Source of the DNA: an uncultured virus (IMG/VR IMGVR_UViG_3300008255_000127)
Lineage: Duplodnaviria; Heunggongvirae; Uroviricota; Caudoviricetes
Strand: one strand, 5' to 3'
Virus record (IMG/VR): IMGVR_UViG_3300008255_000127
Length of the DNA: 20,000 nt
The notes below the pieces were generated by a model that was not told the origin of the DNA, searched no databases, and worked only from the letters and a program-made list of their open reading frames with translations. This document shows, in pieces, positions 1-8,221 of the stretch. Position 1 is the first letter of the stretch. Every line of letters starts with the position of its first letter. The position numbers and the translations under genes were made by a program.

Positions 1-190
1 AGGCCGCCCACCGAGGGGGGTGGGGGGCCGCTCTGCGCGGCTCCGCGCCAGCGCCCGCGCCGGCGGGGCCGGGGCCGGGCACCTCCCCGGCTGTCAGGGC
101 CGCGGTCGGGCAAGTCGGCAACTCCGACCCCGCGTTTCGGGGCCTCGCGGCCTCGTAACCCCGCGGAATCACGTAGCCTTGCGCCGGGGT

Positions 191-218
191 GTTGCCGCTT
201 TTACCCGAAAGCGGCAAC
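191..218. repeat. Perfect 11-bp inverted repeat with 6-nt loop
   Basis: GTTGCCGCTTT (191-201), loop TACCCG, AAAGCGGCAAC (208-218), read directly from the sequence. Confidence 0.9.
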
Positions 219-318
219 TCCGGGCCGGGTCGGCGGGCGCGCGCCGCGGTCACGATCGCCGGGGCCGCTCCAGACCATGCCCGGCCCCCTCAAGCTCGGC
301 TCGGCGGCCCGCGATCGA

Positions 319-334
319 GGCCCCCCGGGGGGCC
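319..334. repeat. Perfect 16-bp palindrome GGCCCCCCGGGGGGCC
   Basis: Read directly; lies in the non-coding leader 1-560. Confidence 0.85.
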
Positions 335-509
335 GTTCGGGGCGAGGGCGCCCGTGTGCGGGGGCGGAGGGGGAGCCCTCTTTTTCCCCTCCCCTCCCCC
401 ACCATCGTCAACCCGGCGGCCCGGCGTGGCACACCCTGGCACGTCGCGTCTCGCATGTAGATCACGCGCGCGCGCACTTCATCTCCGCGTCCGGTGCGCC
501 TCGACCCGA

Positions 510-555
510 TCGACGGGGTCTCGCCGGCGGCGTAGCATGGGCCAGACCAAGGAGG
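510..555 (+). promoter_or_regulatory. Putative sigma70-type promoter and RBS for the 562 gene
   Basis: TCGACG (510-515), 17-bp spacer, TAGCAT (533-538); AAGGAGG at 549-555, 6 nt before ATG 562. Confidence 0.5.
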
Positions 556-561
556 CCCACG

Positions 562-1981
562 ATGTCCACATGGAACGCCCAGCTCACCGTCGGCGCCTCG
601 GAGGGCGCCATCCAGTCCTACACGCTCGGTCAGGTCCGGTTCGTCGCCGGCGGCGATGTGCATCTCGTCGGCGACACCGACAAGGCCCGGCTCGCGGAGG
701 TGGCCCACCCCGACGGTGCGGCGGCCTTCACCTTCACCATGGTGTCCTCGACGGACGGCGTGGTGCCGCTCGACTACGAGGGGCCGGGGCTCGGCGAGGC
801 CGACTCGAACCCGATGGTGGTGGACGTGCGCGGGCCTGCCCACGCATCTTCGACTCGAAGCTGGTGCTCCGAGCGGACGAGCCGCTCTACTGGCAGAACG
901 AGATCACCGCGGGCGGTCAGGTGCTGCTGCAGGCGGCGCGGTCCTCGGTCTTCCTGCGGGTCTCGGCGGCAGGCGACAAGGTCCACCGCCGGACGAGGCG
1001 CCGGCTGATCTACCAGCCCTTGCGGTCGATGCTGCATGTGCTGACGGCGGTGCCTCGCGGCCTGGACGACAACGTCCGGTGGCGCATGGGGTACTTCGAC
1101 CCCAACGACGGGATCATCCTCGAGGGCCAGGGCGAGGATCTGCGGTGGGTGGAGCGCAGCAGCACGAGCGGGGTGCCGGTGGATCTGCCGGTGGACCGAG
1201 ACGACTGGAACGTGGACCGCTTCGACGGCAGCGGCCCCAGCGGAATCAGGCTCACCCCGCAGACTTCGGTGCTCGGCTGGATCGACCTGCAGTGGCTGTC
1301 GATCGGGACGGTGCGGGTCGGGCTCGACATCAACGGCCACCAGACCAGCACGAGGCCCACCGCTTCCACCACTCCAACATCACCGACGTCGCCTACATGG
1401 CGAACCCCAACCTCCACCTCGCCTACGAGCTGGAGGCGCTCGGGGTGCCGGCGGCGCCCTTCGACTTCGAGGTCATCTGCGCGGCGGCGGCGTCGGAGGG
1501 TGGCGACGACCCGGTCGGGCTGTCCAGCCCGGTCAGCCGCTACCGCAGCTCTGTGCAAGTGACGGACGCCTACGCCGAGATCCTCGCCGTGCGGGTCAAG
1601 GACGCGGTCAAGGACCGGGTCATCTTCTCGCCGAAGAAGCTCGACATCCTCTCCTCGACGAAGGACGACGTCCTCTGGCTGGTGGTGCTCAACCCCACCG
1701 GGATGGCGGCGGGCGCCTGGGCCGACGTCGGCGGCGGGTCCTCGTTGGAGGTCAACAAGACGCGCGGGGCCTGGGGCGGCCCGGGCAACGAAGATCACAT
1801 CATGGAGGCCGGCTACTTCTCCGACGACACCGACGCCCAGCTCTCGCAGATCGCCAGCCGGGTCCGGCCCGGGGTGAAGGCTGACGGCTCCGCGGACGTG
1901 ATGGCGGTGATGGCGGTGAACGTCTCGGCGGCGAATGCCGAGCTGATCTTCGCCACCCTCCACTGCGACGAGTTCTTCTAG
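562..1981 (+). pseudogene. Phage virion/structural-like protein (~470 aa if repaired), interrupted by two frameshifts
   Basis: The protein-like reading hops frames: MSTWNAQLTV...VDVRGP (ORF 277 frame), then RIFDSKLVL...WNVDRFDGSGPSG...IDLQWLSIGTVRVGLDING (ORF 189 frame), then HEAHRFHHSN...YMANPNL...HCDEFF* (ORF 656 frame). The motifs IFDSK, WNxDxxDGxGPSG, DxQWLxxGxVRxG, HxFxHxN and YMxxPNL resemble a widespread phage structural protein family recalled from memory. Strong RBS. May be a sequencing artefact rather than a true pseudogene. Confidence 0.7.
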
Positions 1982-2310
1982 AGGTTCCCGCGCAGGTCCT
2001 TGAGCAGCGGGTCGGCCGGGTCGGCGACGTCGGCGGCGGAGAGGTCGGCGGCGGCGCCGCGCAGCAGCCCGACGGCGCCCTGCTGGATGATGTGGACGGC
2101 GCGGTTGAGGTTGCGCTCGGCAGCCTGGGCCTCGAGCTTCTTGACGCGGGCGGCGTGGCGGGCGGCGGCCTTCTTGTCCTGCTCCTCATCGCCGGTGGGC
2201 TCGGGGGCCGAGACGTTGATGGGGGCCTCGTCCACGGTGACGCCGGCGCCGGCGGTGAAGATGGGCCGGCCGTCGAGGAAGACGGTCATCGAGAGGTTGC
2301 GGTCGGTCAT
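1978..2310 (-). CDS. Hypothetical protein (110 aa, MTDRNLSMTVFLDG...)
   Basis: ATG at 2310 overlaps the upstream TGA (ATGA), GGAG RBS; its stop shares the CTAG palindrome at 1978-1981 with the convergent + gene. Confidence 0.8.
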   Translation of the reverse strand: MTDRNLSMTVFLDGRPIFTAGAGVTVDEAPINVSAPEPTGDEEQDKKAAARHAARVKKLEAQAAERNLNRAVHIIQQGAVGLLRGAAADLSAADVADPADPLLKDLRGNL

Positions 2311-3080
2311 CGGACGCTCCTGGCTTCGGGGGGCTGGCTGGGCCGGCCCTTCGGTGGCTGTGTTGCCCTGACCGTCTCGGCGAGCGAGCGGTGCAGGATG
2401 ATGAGGGCTGAGAGTAGCGCGCCGAGGAACAGCGCGAGGATGAGAGATCCCCAGGCGACGACGGGCGGCGCGTCGAGCGCGACGAGGGTGCGCAGGCACT
2501 CGAGGCCCACGACGGTGCTGCCGGCGAGCGCGAGCGTCGGGGCCGAGCGCCAGGAGCCGAGGCGCGCCGACTGGATCAGCCAGCCGGCGGTGATGAGCAG
2601 CCCGAGGCTGGTGTGCAGCGCCATGCCGATGCCGTCGGCCCAGCGGCTCGCCTCCTCCACCCCCAGCACGTAGCCGGAGAGCGCGACGCCCGAGGTGGCG
2701 ACGATGATCGCGCCGATCCACCCGCGGACACGAGGACCCCTCTGCAGGAGGGCGCAGGCGGCGAGCAGCACGCAGGCGGCGGTGTTGATCGCCATGCGGC
2801 CGGGCTCGGGTCCTTGGTCGGCGGCGAAGAAGGTGCGGTCGATGCTGAGATCGACGCCGGAGAGGTACTGCAGCAGCGTGGCTCCCGAGGCGAAGGCGGC
2901 GACCCAGGCGGCGCCGCGCCACCAGCGCATCGCCACGCCCAGGGCCACGAAGCTGATCGCCGTCCACGGCTGCATCGCGGGCCAGCGATCGGAGAGGGTG
3001 GCTGCCAGGGGCCAGTCGAAGGTCCAGGCGGTGAGCACCAAGGCCCCGAGCGCCACCAGCACGGTGGCGGCGTGTTGCAT
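2307..3080 (-). CDS. Multi-pass membrane protein (257 aa) resembling the membrane N-terminal module of sensor kinase/GGDEF proteins, with no output domain
   Basis: About 7-8 hydrophobic segments; repeated M-x-x-x-T-[AS] motifs (PAMQPWTAISF, PGRMAINTAACV, GMALHTSLGL); GAAGG RBS. Confidence 0.75.
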   Translation of the reverse strand: MQHAATVLVALGALVLTAWTFDWPLAATLSDRWPAMQPWTAISFVALGVAMRWWRGAAWVAAFASGATLLQYLSGVDLSIDRTFFAADQGPEPGRMAINTAACVLLAACALLQRGPRVRGWIGAIIVATSGVALSGYVLGVEEASRWADGIGMALHTSLGLLITAGWLIQSARLGSWRSAPTLALAGSTVVGLECLRTLVALDAPPVVAWGSLILALFLGALLSALIILHRSLAETVRATQPPKGRPSQPPEARSVR

Positions 3081-3081
3081 C

Positions 3082-3321
3082 TCAGCCTTCCCCCTTCAGC
3101 CGCGCCAGCTCTGCCCGGAGCTTCGCCAGCTCTTCGGCCTCGCGCTTGTGCCGGTCCTCTTCGAGTTCACCGATGCGCTTGTCGTGGCCGTCGAGCCGGG
3201 CGTTGATCATGGTCAGGGTCGTTCCGATGGTCTTGCCTACGCTGCCCACCCGCCACAGCGCCGCGATGACCGTGCCCGCCAAGCCGACGAGCGATATGAC
3301 GATGCCCAGCTCTGCGCTCAC
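3082..3321 (-). CDS. Small single-TM plus coiled-coil protein (79 aa), holin/XhlA-like topology
   Basis: GTG at 3321 with GGAGG RBS and GTGA overlap; N-terminal TM (LGIVISLVGLAGTVIAALW) and a charged coiled-coil tail (RLDGHDKRIGELEE...). Confidence 0.65.
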   Translation of the reverse strand: MSAELGIVISLVGLAGTVIAALWRVGSVGKTIGTTLTMINARLDGHDKRIGELEEDRHKREAEELAKLRAELARLKGEG

Positions 3322-3500
3322 TTCAACCTCCAGAGGGCGACAAAGCCTGCGACGGCGACCAGAGCGAGGCCGACGAGCAGGATGGTCTCCGGGGTGGAGG
3401 ATAGCCTGTCGTCCCCCACCACGACGACCCCGCAAGCGATGAGCGCTGTGAGCACCCAGGGCCAACGGGGTCCCCTTCCCTTTGTGTCACAGCCGGCCAT
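3318..3500 (-). CDS. Small two-TM protein (60 aa), holin-like
   Basis: AGGAGGTG RBS at 3508-3515; two hydrophobic segments and a basic C-terminus (WRLK). Confidence 0.65.
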   Translation of the reverse strand: MAGCDTKGRGPRWPWVLTALIACGVVVVGDDRLSSTPETILLVGLALVAVAGFVALWRLK

Positions 3501-3518
3501 CGCGGGTCACCTCCTACA

Positions 3519-4124
3519 TCAGACTCGGCACTCGCACTCGCCGTCGCCCCACACGATCCGGCGGGCGCAATGGCTGGTGTGCCCGGCGGCCTCCAGCCCG
3601 GCGATGCGCTCGCCGTCGCCGCGCAGCGCGACCTGGGCGCGCCGGAAGTCGTGGGGCCAGACCTGGGCGGCCCCCTGGTTGAAGCTGATCAGGGCGCCGG
3701 CGCCGCGGTCGAGGATCGCCGGACCGCCAGGGCGGCTCGCCGCGTCGGTGGCGTCGGCGTAGGCGGCGAAGGGCTCGAGCGCAGCACGCAGCTCCTCGTG
3801 CTGCTCGACGAAGACCCGCTTCGCCTCGGCCTCGGCGTCCAGGCAGGCGGCGATCGCCGTCGGCAGCTCGTGGTCCTCGAGCCCGTGCTTCGGCCCGAGG
3901 CCCACCCGGTCGTCGAGGGTGCTGAAGGCGGCGACCAGATCGCGCAGGTCCTTGATCTCGTCGAGCAGGGCGAGCGCCGGGATCTCCTCCAGATCTCCCC
4001 CCTCGCGCAGCCAGTGGCTCAGCTCGTCGAGCGGGACCGGCGGAGGCTTCCCCTCCCCGTCCTCGAGGGTCTCGTCGATGGCGGCGAACCAGTCGGCGAC
4101 GGGGTCAGCGACGAAGCCGGCCAC
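3519..4124 (-). CDS. Hypothetical acidic helical protein (~201 aa; start uncertain)
   Basis: Protein-like composition from VAGFVADPVADW onward; C-terminal H-x2-HC...GDGECEC Cys/His motif. A GTG start at 4124 minimises overlap with the upstream gene. Confidence 0.65.
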   Translation of the reverse strand: MAGFVADPVADWFAAIDETLEDGEGKPPPVPLDELSHWLREGGDLEEIPALALLDEIKDLRDLVAAFSTLDDRVGLGPKHGLEDHELPTAIAACLDAEAEAKRVFVEQHEELRAALEPFAAYADATDAASRPGGPAILDRGAGALISFNQGAAQVWPHDFRRAQVALRGDGERIAGLEAAGHTSHCARRIVWGDGECECRV

Positions 4125-4353
4125 GCGGTCGCCGGGCACCACCGGGACGCCCGACGGACAGCCCGGCGAGCTGCCCGCCGGCGACGAGCTTCCAGGCTTC
4201 CGGGTCGTCGACCCGCATGCGGATGTGCATCCGACCATCGACCGTGGTCGTCTCGAGGATCTCGCCGATGCGCTCGCCGTCGAGGCGAACGGCGGTGCCG
4301 GGCTCGGGCTCGGGGCCGGCGCAGTCGGCGGTCAGGATCTTGGGCTCGCTCAT
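4105..4353 (-). CDS. Small protein (82 aa) resembling the C-terminal part of XkdF/HK97-type prohead proteases
   Basis: ATGA overlap, GAGGA RBS; RVDDPEAWKLVAGGQLAGLSVG resembles the KVxDxxxWxxVKxGxxxGFSIG motif. Confidence 0.6.
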   Translation of the reverse strand: MSEPKILTADCAGPEPEPGTAVRLDGERIGEILETTTVDGRMHIRMRVDDPEAWKLVAGGQLAGLSVGRPGGARRPRGRLRR

Positions 4354-4604
4354 GGGTCCGTCCTCTTTCGGCAGCACCCTCGGATGGTGCCGGTCGTCTC
4401 GATGGGCACGCCCGCCACCTCGATCGGCCGGTGGCAGCGGGCGCAGGTGTGCGTCGGCAGGGTCACGAGGCCGTCGGCCTCGGTCGCCTCCCGAGCCAGG
4501 AAGACGTGGCTGTAGTCGCAGGCGGGGCAGAACAGCCGCCAGCCGGCGAGCGCACGGTGCGGGGCGCGCGGGATGCGGATCAGGTCATCGCCCGTCGCGT
4601 TCAC
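4350..4604 (-). CDS. Small zinc-ribbon protein (84 aa)
   Basis: GTGA overlap with GGAG RBS; CPAC...CARC. Confidence 0.7.
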   Translation of the reverse strand: MNATGDDLIRIPRAPHRALAGWRLFCPACDYSHVFLAREATEADGLVTLPTHTCARCHRPIEVAGVPIETTGTIRGCCRKRTDP

Positions 4605-4843
4605 CGCTCCCCCAGCTCCAGCACCAGCCCGAGGGCGGCGCCGGCGAAGGCGTAGACCACGACGGCCGGGGCGACCTGGGTGATCCCCCAGGTGACCCAG
4701 CCCGCGTGGAAGCCGGTGCAGTAGGAGCAGGCGAAGAGCGAGCCGAGCCACCGCCAGCCCGTCAGCCGGAGCAGGGCCGGGCCGGCGATCTCGCGCAGCC
4801 CGTAGAGCACCCCGACGATCGCGAGTAGGTGGACGACGATCAC
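4601..4843 (-). CDS. Small membrane protein (80 aa), DUF1360-like
   Basis: GTGA overlap, AAGGAGG RBS; hydrophobic, with an LFACSYCTGFH (CxxCxG) motif. Confidence 0.65.
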   Translation of the reverse strand: MIVVHLLAIVGVLYGLREIAGPALLRLTGWRWLGSLFACSYCTGFHAGWVTWGITQVAPAVVVYAFAGAALGLVLELGER

Positions 4844-5010
4844 CCCGCCTCCTTCCCGCAGCGGACGCAGCGCTCGGCGAGGCGCTCGTCGTCCTTCGGG
4901 GTCCGGCCCGCCGGCTGCTGGACCAGCGCGCCGTCGAGCTTCTCGATCCGCCAGTGGAAGTCGCAGAGCCCTCCGCGGCGGCAGGGCTCGAGAGGGTGCA
5001 TCGGCATCAT
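4840..5010 (-). CDS. Small Cys-rich protein (56 aa)
   Basis: ATGA overlap, GGAGG RBS; C...C-x2-H-W...CVRCG. Confidence 0.6.
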   Translation of the reverse strand: MMPMHPLEPCRRGGLCDFHWRIEKLDGALVQQPAGRTPKDDERLAERCVRCGKEAG

Positions 5011-5651
5011 CGGCACCCCTCCTCCCACTCCCCGTCGCAGTCGTTGTCGAGCCCGTCGTCGCAGATCTCCGGGGTGGGCCTCGGAGGGTCCGGGGCGTCG
5101 CAGACGAGCTGCCCGCGCTCGTTGCAGTAGTCCCAGCCCTGGCGCTGGCAGCCGCCGGTCCCCCGGAAGCAGAGCGTCCCGCCGGTGTCCTCGTCGATCT
5201 CCCCGTCGCAGTCGTCGTCGATGCCGTTGCAGCGCTCGCGCCGCGGGCGGCAGTCGGGGCCGGGCTCCGCGTCCGGCTCGGCGTCGGGCGGCTCCGCGTC
5301 CGGCCAGTCCTCCCATTCGACGTCGGGGGCCGCGTCCAGCTCGGGCGCCGGGGCCGCATCGATCTCGAGCGGGGCCGCGTCGGGCTCGGCGGCGTCGGGC
5401 TCCAGCCATGGCTCGGCGTCGGGCGGCGGCCCGAGGTCCTCGGGCGGCGCGGCGTCGGGGGGCTGGGCGTCGGGCTCGGCGCCGGGGCCGTCGGCCTTCG
5501 GCGTCGGTGCCCAGGGGTCGCCGTCGATCTCCCCGGCCCTCGAGTCGTCGCAGTCGTTGTCGCAGGCGGGGGTCGGCGGCGGGGCCGCGGGCGCCAGGGT
5601 GTCCTCGGCGCAGCCGGCCAGGATCAGGAGCAGCAGGGTCAAGCGGTGCAT
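5007..5651 (-). CDS. Lipoprotein (214 aa) with P/D/A/E-rich linker and two MopE-like metal-binding repeats
   Basis: GGAGG RBS; signal peptide with lipobox MHRLTLLLLILAG-C; ERCNGIDDDCDGEIDE and EICDDGLDNDCDGEWEEGC. Confidence 0.85.
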   Translation of the reverse strand: MHRLTLLLLILAGCAEDTLAPAAPPPTPACDNDCDDSRAGEIDGDPWAPTPKADGPGAEPDAQPPDAAPPEDLGPPPDAEPWLEPDAAEPDAAPLEIDAAPAPELDAAPDVEWEDWPDAEPPDAEPDAEPGPDCRPRRERCNGIDDDCDGEIDEDTGGTLCFRGTGGCQRQGWDYCNERGQLVCDAPDPPRPTPEICDDGLDNDCDGEWEEGCR

Positions 5652-5720
5652 GGGTCCTCCTTCGGTCCTCTCCATGAGCCATCGCCTCGCCGGCGATAGC
5701 CAGCCTGTCTCAGATGACGA

Positions 5721-6221
5721 TCACCCCTCGTCGATCTCGACCTCGTAGAGCACCCGGGCCTGGGTGACGTCGGGCGCCAGCCGGGTCTCCATCTCCACCC
5801 CCTCGGGCAGCACGATGATCGGGGCGCGCTGCCCGGGGCCGTCGAGGAAGTCGCGCACCACCTTCTCCAGCTCCGGGGCCAGCTCGGCGCCGGCCCTGAC
5901 CGTGACCATCGGCGGCAGGCAGGCCCGGACCGCGCAGTCCTTCATCTCGAGCACGAGCAGCCAGAAGGCGTCGTCGGCGACGTGCTTGCGGTCGAGGATG
6001 CGCTCGGCGTCCCCCACCTTCCCCATCGCGAAGGTGAGCTGCTGCTCGTCGAGCACCCGGCCGTCGGCGGCGAGGTCTTGGAGGTGGTCGAAGATCCTCT
6101 CGAGGATCATCCTGGGGTGATCGTCGGAGAGGGCGGCCACGCAGATGGGCTCGCTGATCTCGCGCAACGGCGGCGGCAGGTGCTCGAAGGCGAAGTAGCG
6201 GTGGATGGTCGAGTCGCTCAC
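5721..6221 (-). CDS. Hypothetical phage protein (166 aa)
   Basis: GTGA overlap; YFAFEHLPPPLREISEP and LLVLEMKDCAVRA match a common small phage protein pattern recalled from memory. Confidence 0.75.
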   Translation of the reverse strand: MSDSTIHRYFAFEHLPPPLREISEPICVAALSDDHPRMILERIFDHLQDLAADGRVLDEQQLTFAMGKVGDAERILDRKHVADDAFWLLVLEMKDCAVRACLPPMVTVRAGAELAPELEKVVRDFLDGPGQRAPIIVLPEGVEMETRLAPDVTQARVLYEVEIDEG

Positions 6222-8221
6222 AGGTCATCGCTCCAGGGGTCGTCGTCCTCGTCGCCGTCTTCGACGACGCCCAGGCGGCGCAGGGCGACCTGGGGATCGA
6301 CGGGCCGGCCGGCGGCGAGGCTCTCGGTGGTTGCGCCAACCGGGATCGGCTCGCGCTCGTCGGTGGGGGTGACGTCGATCACCCCGCTGTCGTCCTCCTC
6401 CACCAGCCCGATGGCGGCGGCGGCGGTCACGCGCCGGCGGGCGGCCACCTTCTTGTGGCGCTCGCGCAGGCCCTCGATGGTCAGGGTCAGCTTCACCTCG
6501 TCCCGGCCGCCGTCCCCGTTGGCGGCGGCCCCGAGCTTCTGCGCCAGCTCCACCCCCTGCTTCACGTCGTTGATCGAGTCGACCCGGATGTGGTTCGGCG
6601 CGGTGCGCGGGGCCATGAGCCCTTCGAGGTAGCGGTCGGCGAGCAGGTGCGCGATGCGGTCGACCTTCTCGTGGAGGGCGGCCCGGTCGGCGGCCCGCTC
6701 GTGGATGACGTGCTGCGCCACGATGGCGTCCTCCTCCTGCTTCACCTCGGCGCGCCGGCGCTCGATGTCGTGCTTCTTGACGTACTGCTGGACGGTGCTC
6801 TTGGCGCAGCCGTAGCGCCGGGCGATCTCCTTGACGCCGGGGTAGCGGAACCGGCGGGCGCCGGCCTCGTCCACGTACTCCTCGCCGTAGACCAGCAGGT
6901 CGTGGACCTCGGTCCACGGGATCACCGGGTCGCTCTTGCGCGGGCGGCCCGGGCCTCGCTTCCGCGGGTCCTCCGGCGCGGCCTGCGCGCTCTCGATGAT
7001 GTCGCGCGGGGTCAGCCCGGGCGGCAGGTCCTCGGGGTTGATCTTCATCTCGGTGCAGGCGGCCAGGAAGATCTCGCGCTCGCGGTCGTCGAGCGGCGCG
7101 TCCGGGTCGACCTTCACCGCCGGCGGGGTCCGGCGGGTCGTCCGCTCGAACAGCCGGCGCGCCGTCTGGACCTGCAGGGTGCTCGGCGGCGGCGGCGGGT
7201 CCTCGCTGGGCAGCTCGTCGAGCAGCTCGTCGGCGAGGTCGGCCAGCCCCTCGTCCCCCCGGCGCACCCGGATGATGTCGAGCTGACCCTGGTTGGCGAA
7301 GTTGCAGCCGCCGGTCACCACGAAGGTCTCGCGCTCGCCGCGGACCACGAGGATCTTGGCGTGGCTCGGGCTCCACCGCAGGTGCGTCGGGATCAACCCC
7401 ATCGCCGCGTGGTAGCCGTCGGCGTTCGAGGCCCGCCGGCCGAAGAGGCTGGGCAGCGCCACGTCCAGCCGGGTCACCCGGCCGTCGACCAGGGCGGCCC
7501 CGAGCACATGCACGTCTCCCCGGCCGAGCCTCCACGTCGAGGCGCGGACCGTGCAGACGCCGGCCAGATCGAGCAGCCCGTCGAGCAGCTCGCCCACCCC
7601 GGCCCGCTCGACGATCACGATCTGGTCGGGGTCCATGCTGGCGAGCTGGTGGACCGGCATCGCCCGGCTCGGCCGGTAGACCACCAGCCCCGGTCGCTCG
7701 AGCTGGTCGAGCGCCTCGCCGAGCCCCTGGTAGGCGGCGGCCCCATGGGGGTTGGCGCAGCCCGGTGGCACCCGATCGAAGACCGCGCCGAACACCTCCT
7801 CGAGGATCGGCCCGAGGTCGTCGGTGGTCTCGTACTGCTCGGGCCGGTTGTTCCGGTTGAGGTTGGCCGAGGTCACGAAGGCGTGCTCACCATCGGCGCC
7901 GGCGATCCGGCCGGCCTTCGCGTGGACCCGGATGCAGCGCACGGCCTCGGCGCCGACCGCGTCCTCGATGTCATGGGCGTTCGACCGCTGCCCGTCCTTC
8001 GCGCGGCTCCTGATCTTCAGCGTGCCGGCGTCAAGGATCAGGCGCAGCTCGCCGATCACCCCGGTGCGCTTCGCCTCGGCCAGCCGGCGCACGTCCTTGA
8101 CGCCGGCGGCGGTCACCATCAGGTCCACGTCGGCCGGCGCGCCCACCTCGTCGATGCGCTGCAGGATGTAGTCGGCGAGGTCGAGGTCCCCGCTCGTGAT
8201 CCAGAGCCGCTCGTCAGCCAC
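6218..8221 (-). CDS. 667-aa fusion: two PLD-like nuclease domains, AT-hook and HTH (terminase small subunit-like C-terminal half)
   Basis: AAGGAGGTG RBS; VHAK...FVTSANLNRNNRPEQ and SHAK...VVTGGCNFAN; KRGPGRPRKS; YPGVKEIARRYGCAKSTVQQYVKKHD followed by long helices. Confidence 0.75.
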   Translation of the reverse strand: MADERLWITSGDLDLADYILQRIDEVGAPADVDLMVTAAGVKDVRRLAEAKRTGVIGELRLILDAGTLKIRSRAKDGQRSNAHDIEDAVGAEAVRCIRVHAKAGRIAGADGEHAFVTSANLNRNNRPEQYETTDDLGPILEEVFGAVFDRVPPGCANPHGAAAYQGLGEALDQLERPGLVVYRPSRAMPVHQLASMDPDQIVIVERAGVGELLDGLLDLAGVCTVRASTWRLGRGDVHVLGAALVDGRVTRLDVALPSLFGRRASNADGYHAAMGLIPTHLRWSPSHAKILVVRGERETFVVTGGCNFANQGQLDIIRVRRGDEGLADLADELLDELPSEDPPPPPSTLQVQTARRLFERTTRRTPPAVKVDPDAPLDDREREIFLAACTEMKINPEDLPPGLTPRDIIESAQAAPEDPRKRGPGRPRKSDPVIPWTEVHDLLVYGEEYVDEAGARRFRYPGVKEIARRYGCAKSTVQQYVKKHDIERRRAEVKQEEDAIVAQHVIHERAADRAALHEKVDRIAHLLADRYLEGLMAPRTAPNHIRVDSINDVKQGVELAQKLGAAANGDGGRDEVKLTLTIEGLRERHKKVAARRRVTAAAAIGLVEEDDSGVIDVTPTDEREPIPVGATTESLAAGRPVDPQVALRRLGVVEDGDEDDDPWSDDL

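Noticed and set aside
20..560. ORFs starting at 20, 189 and 277 within the leader
   Set aside because: Low-complexity Arg/Pro/Gly translations without an RBS; the credible start is ATG 562.
830..1350. Programmed -1 ribosomal frameshifting
   Set aside because: No X XXY YYZ slippery heptamer at either junction; indels explain the frame changes more simply.
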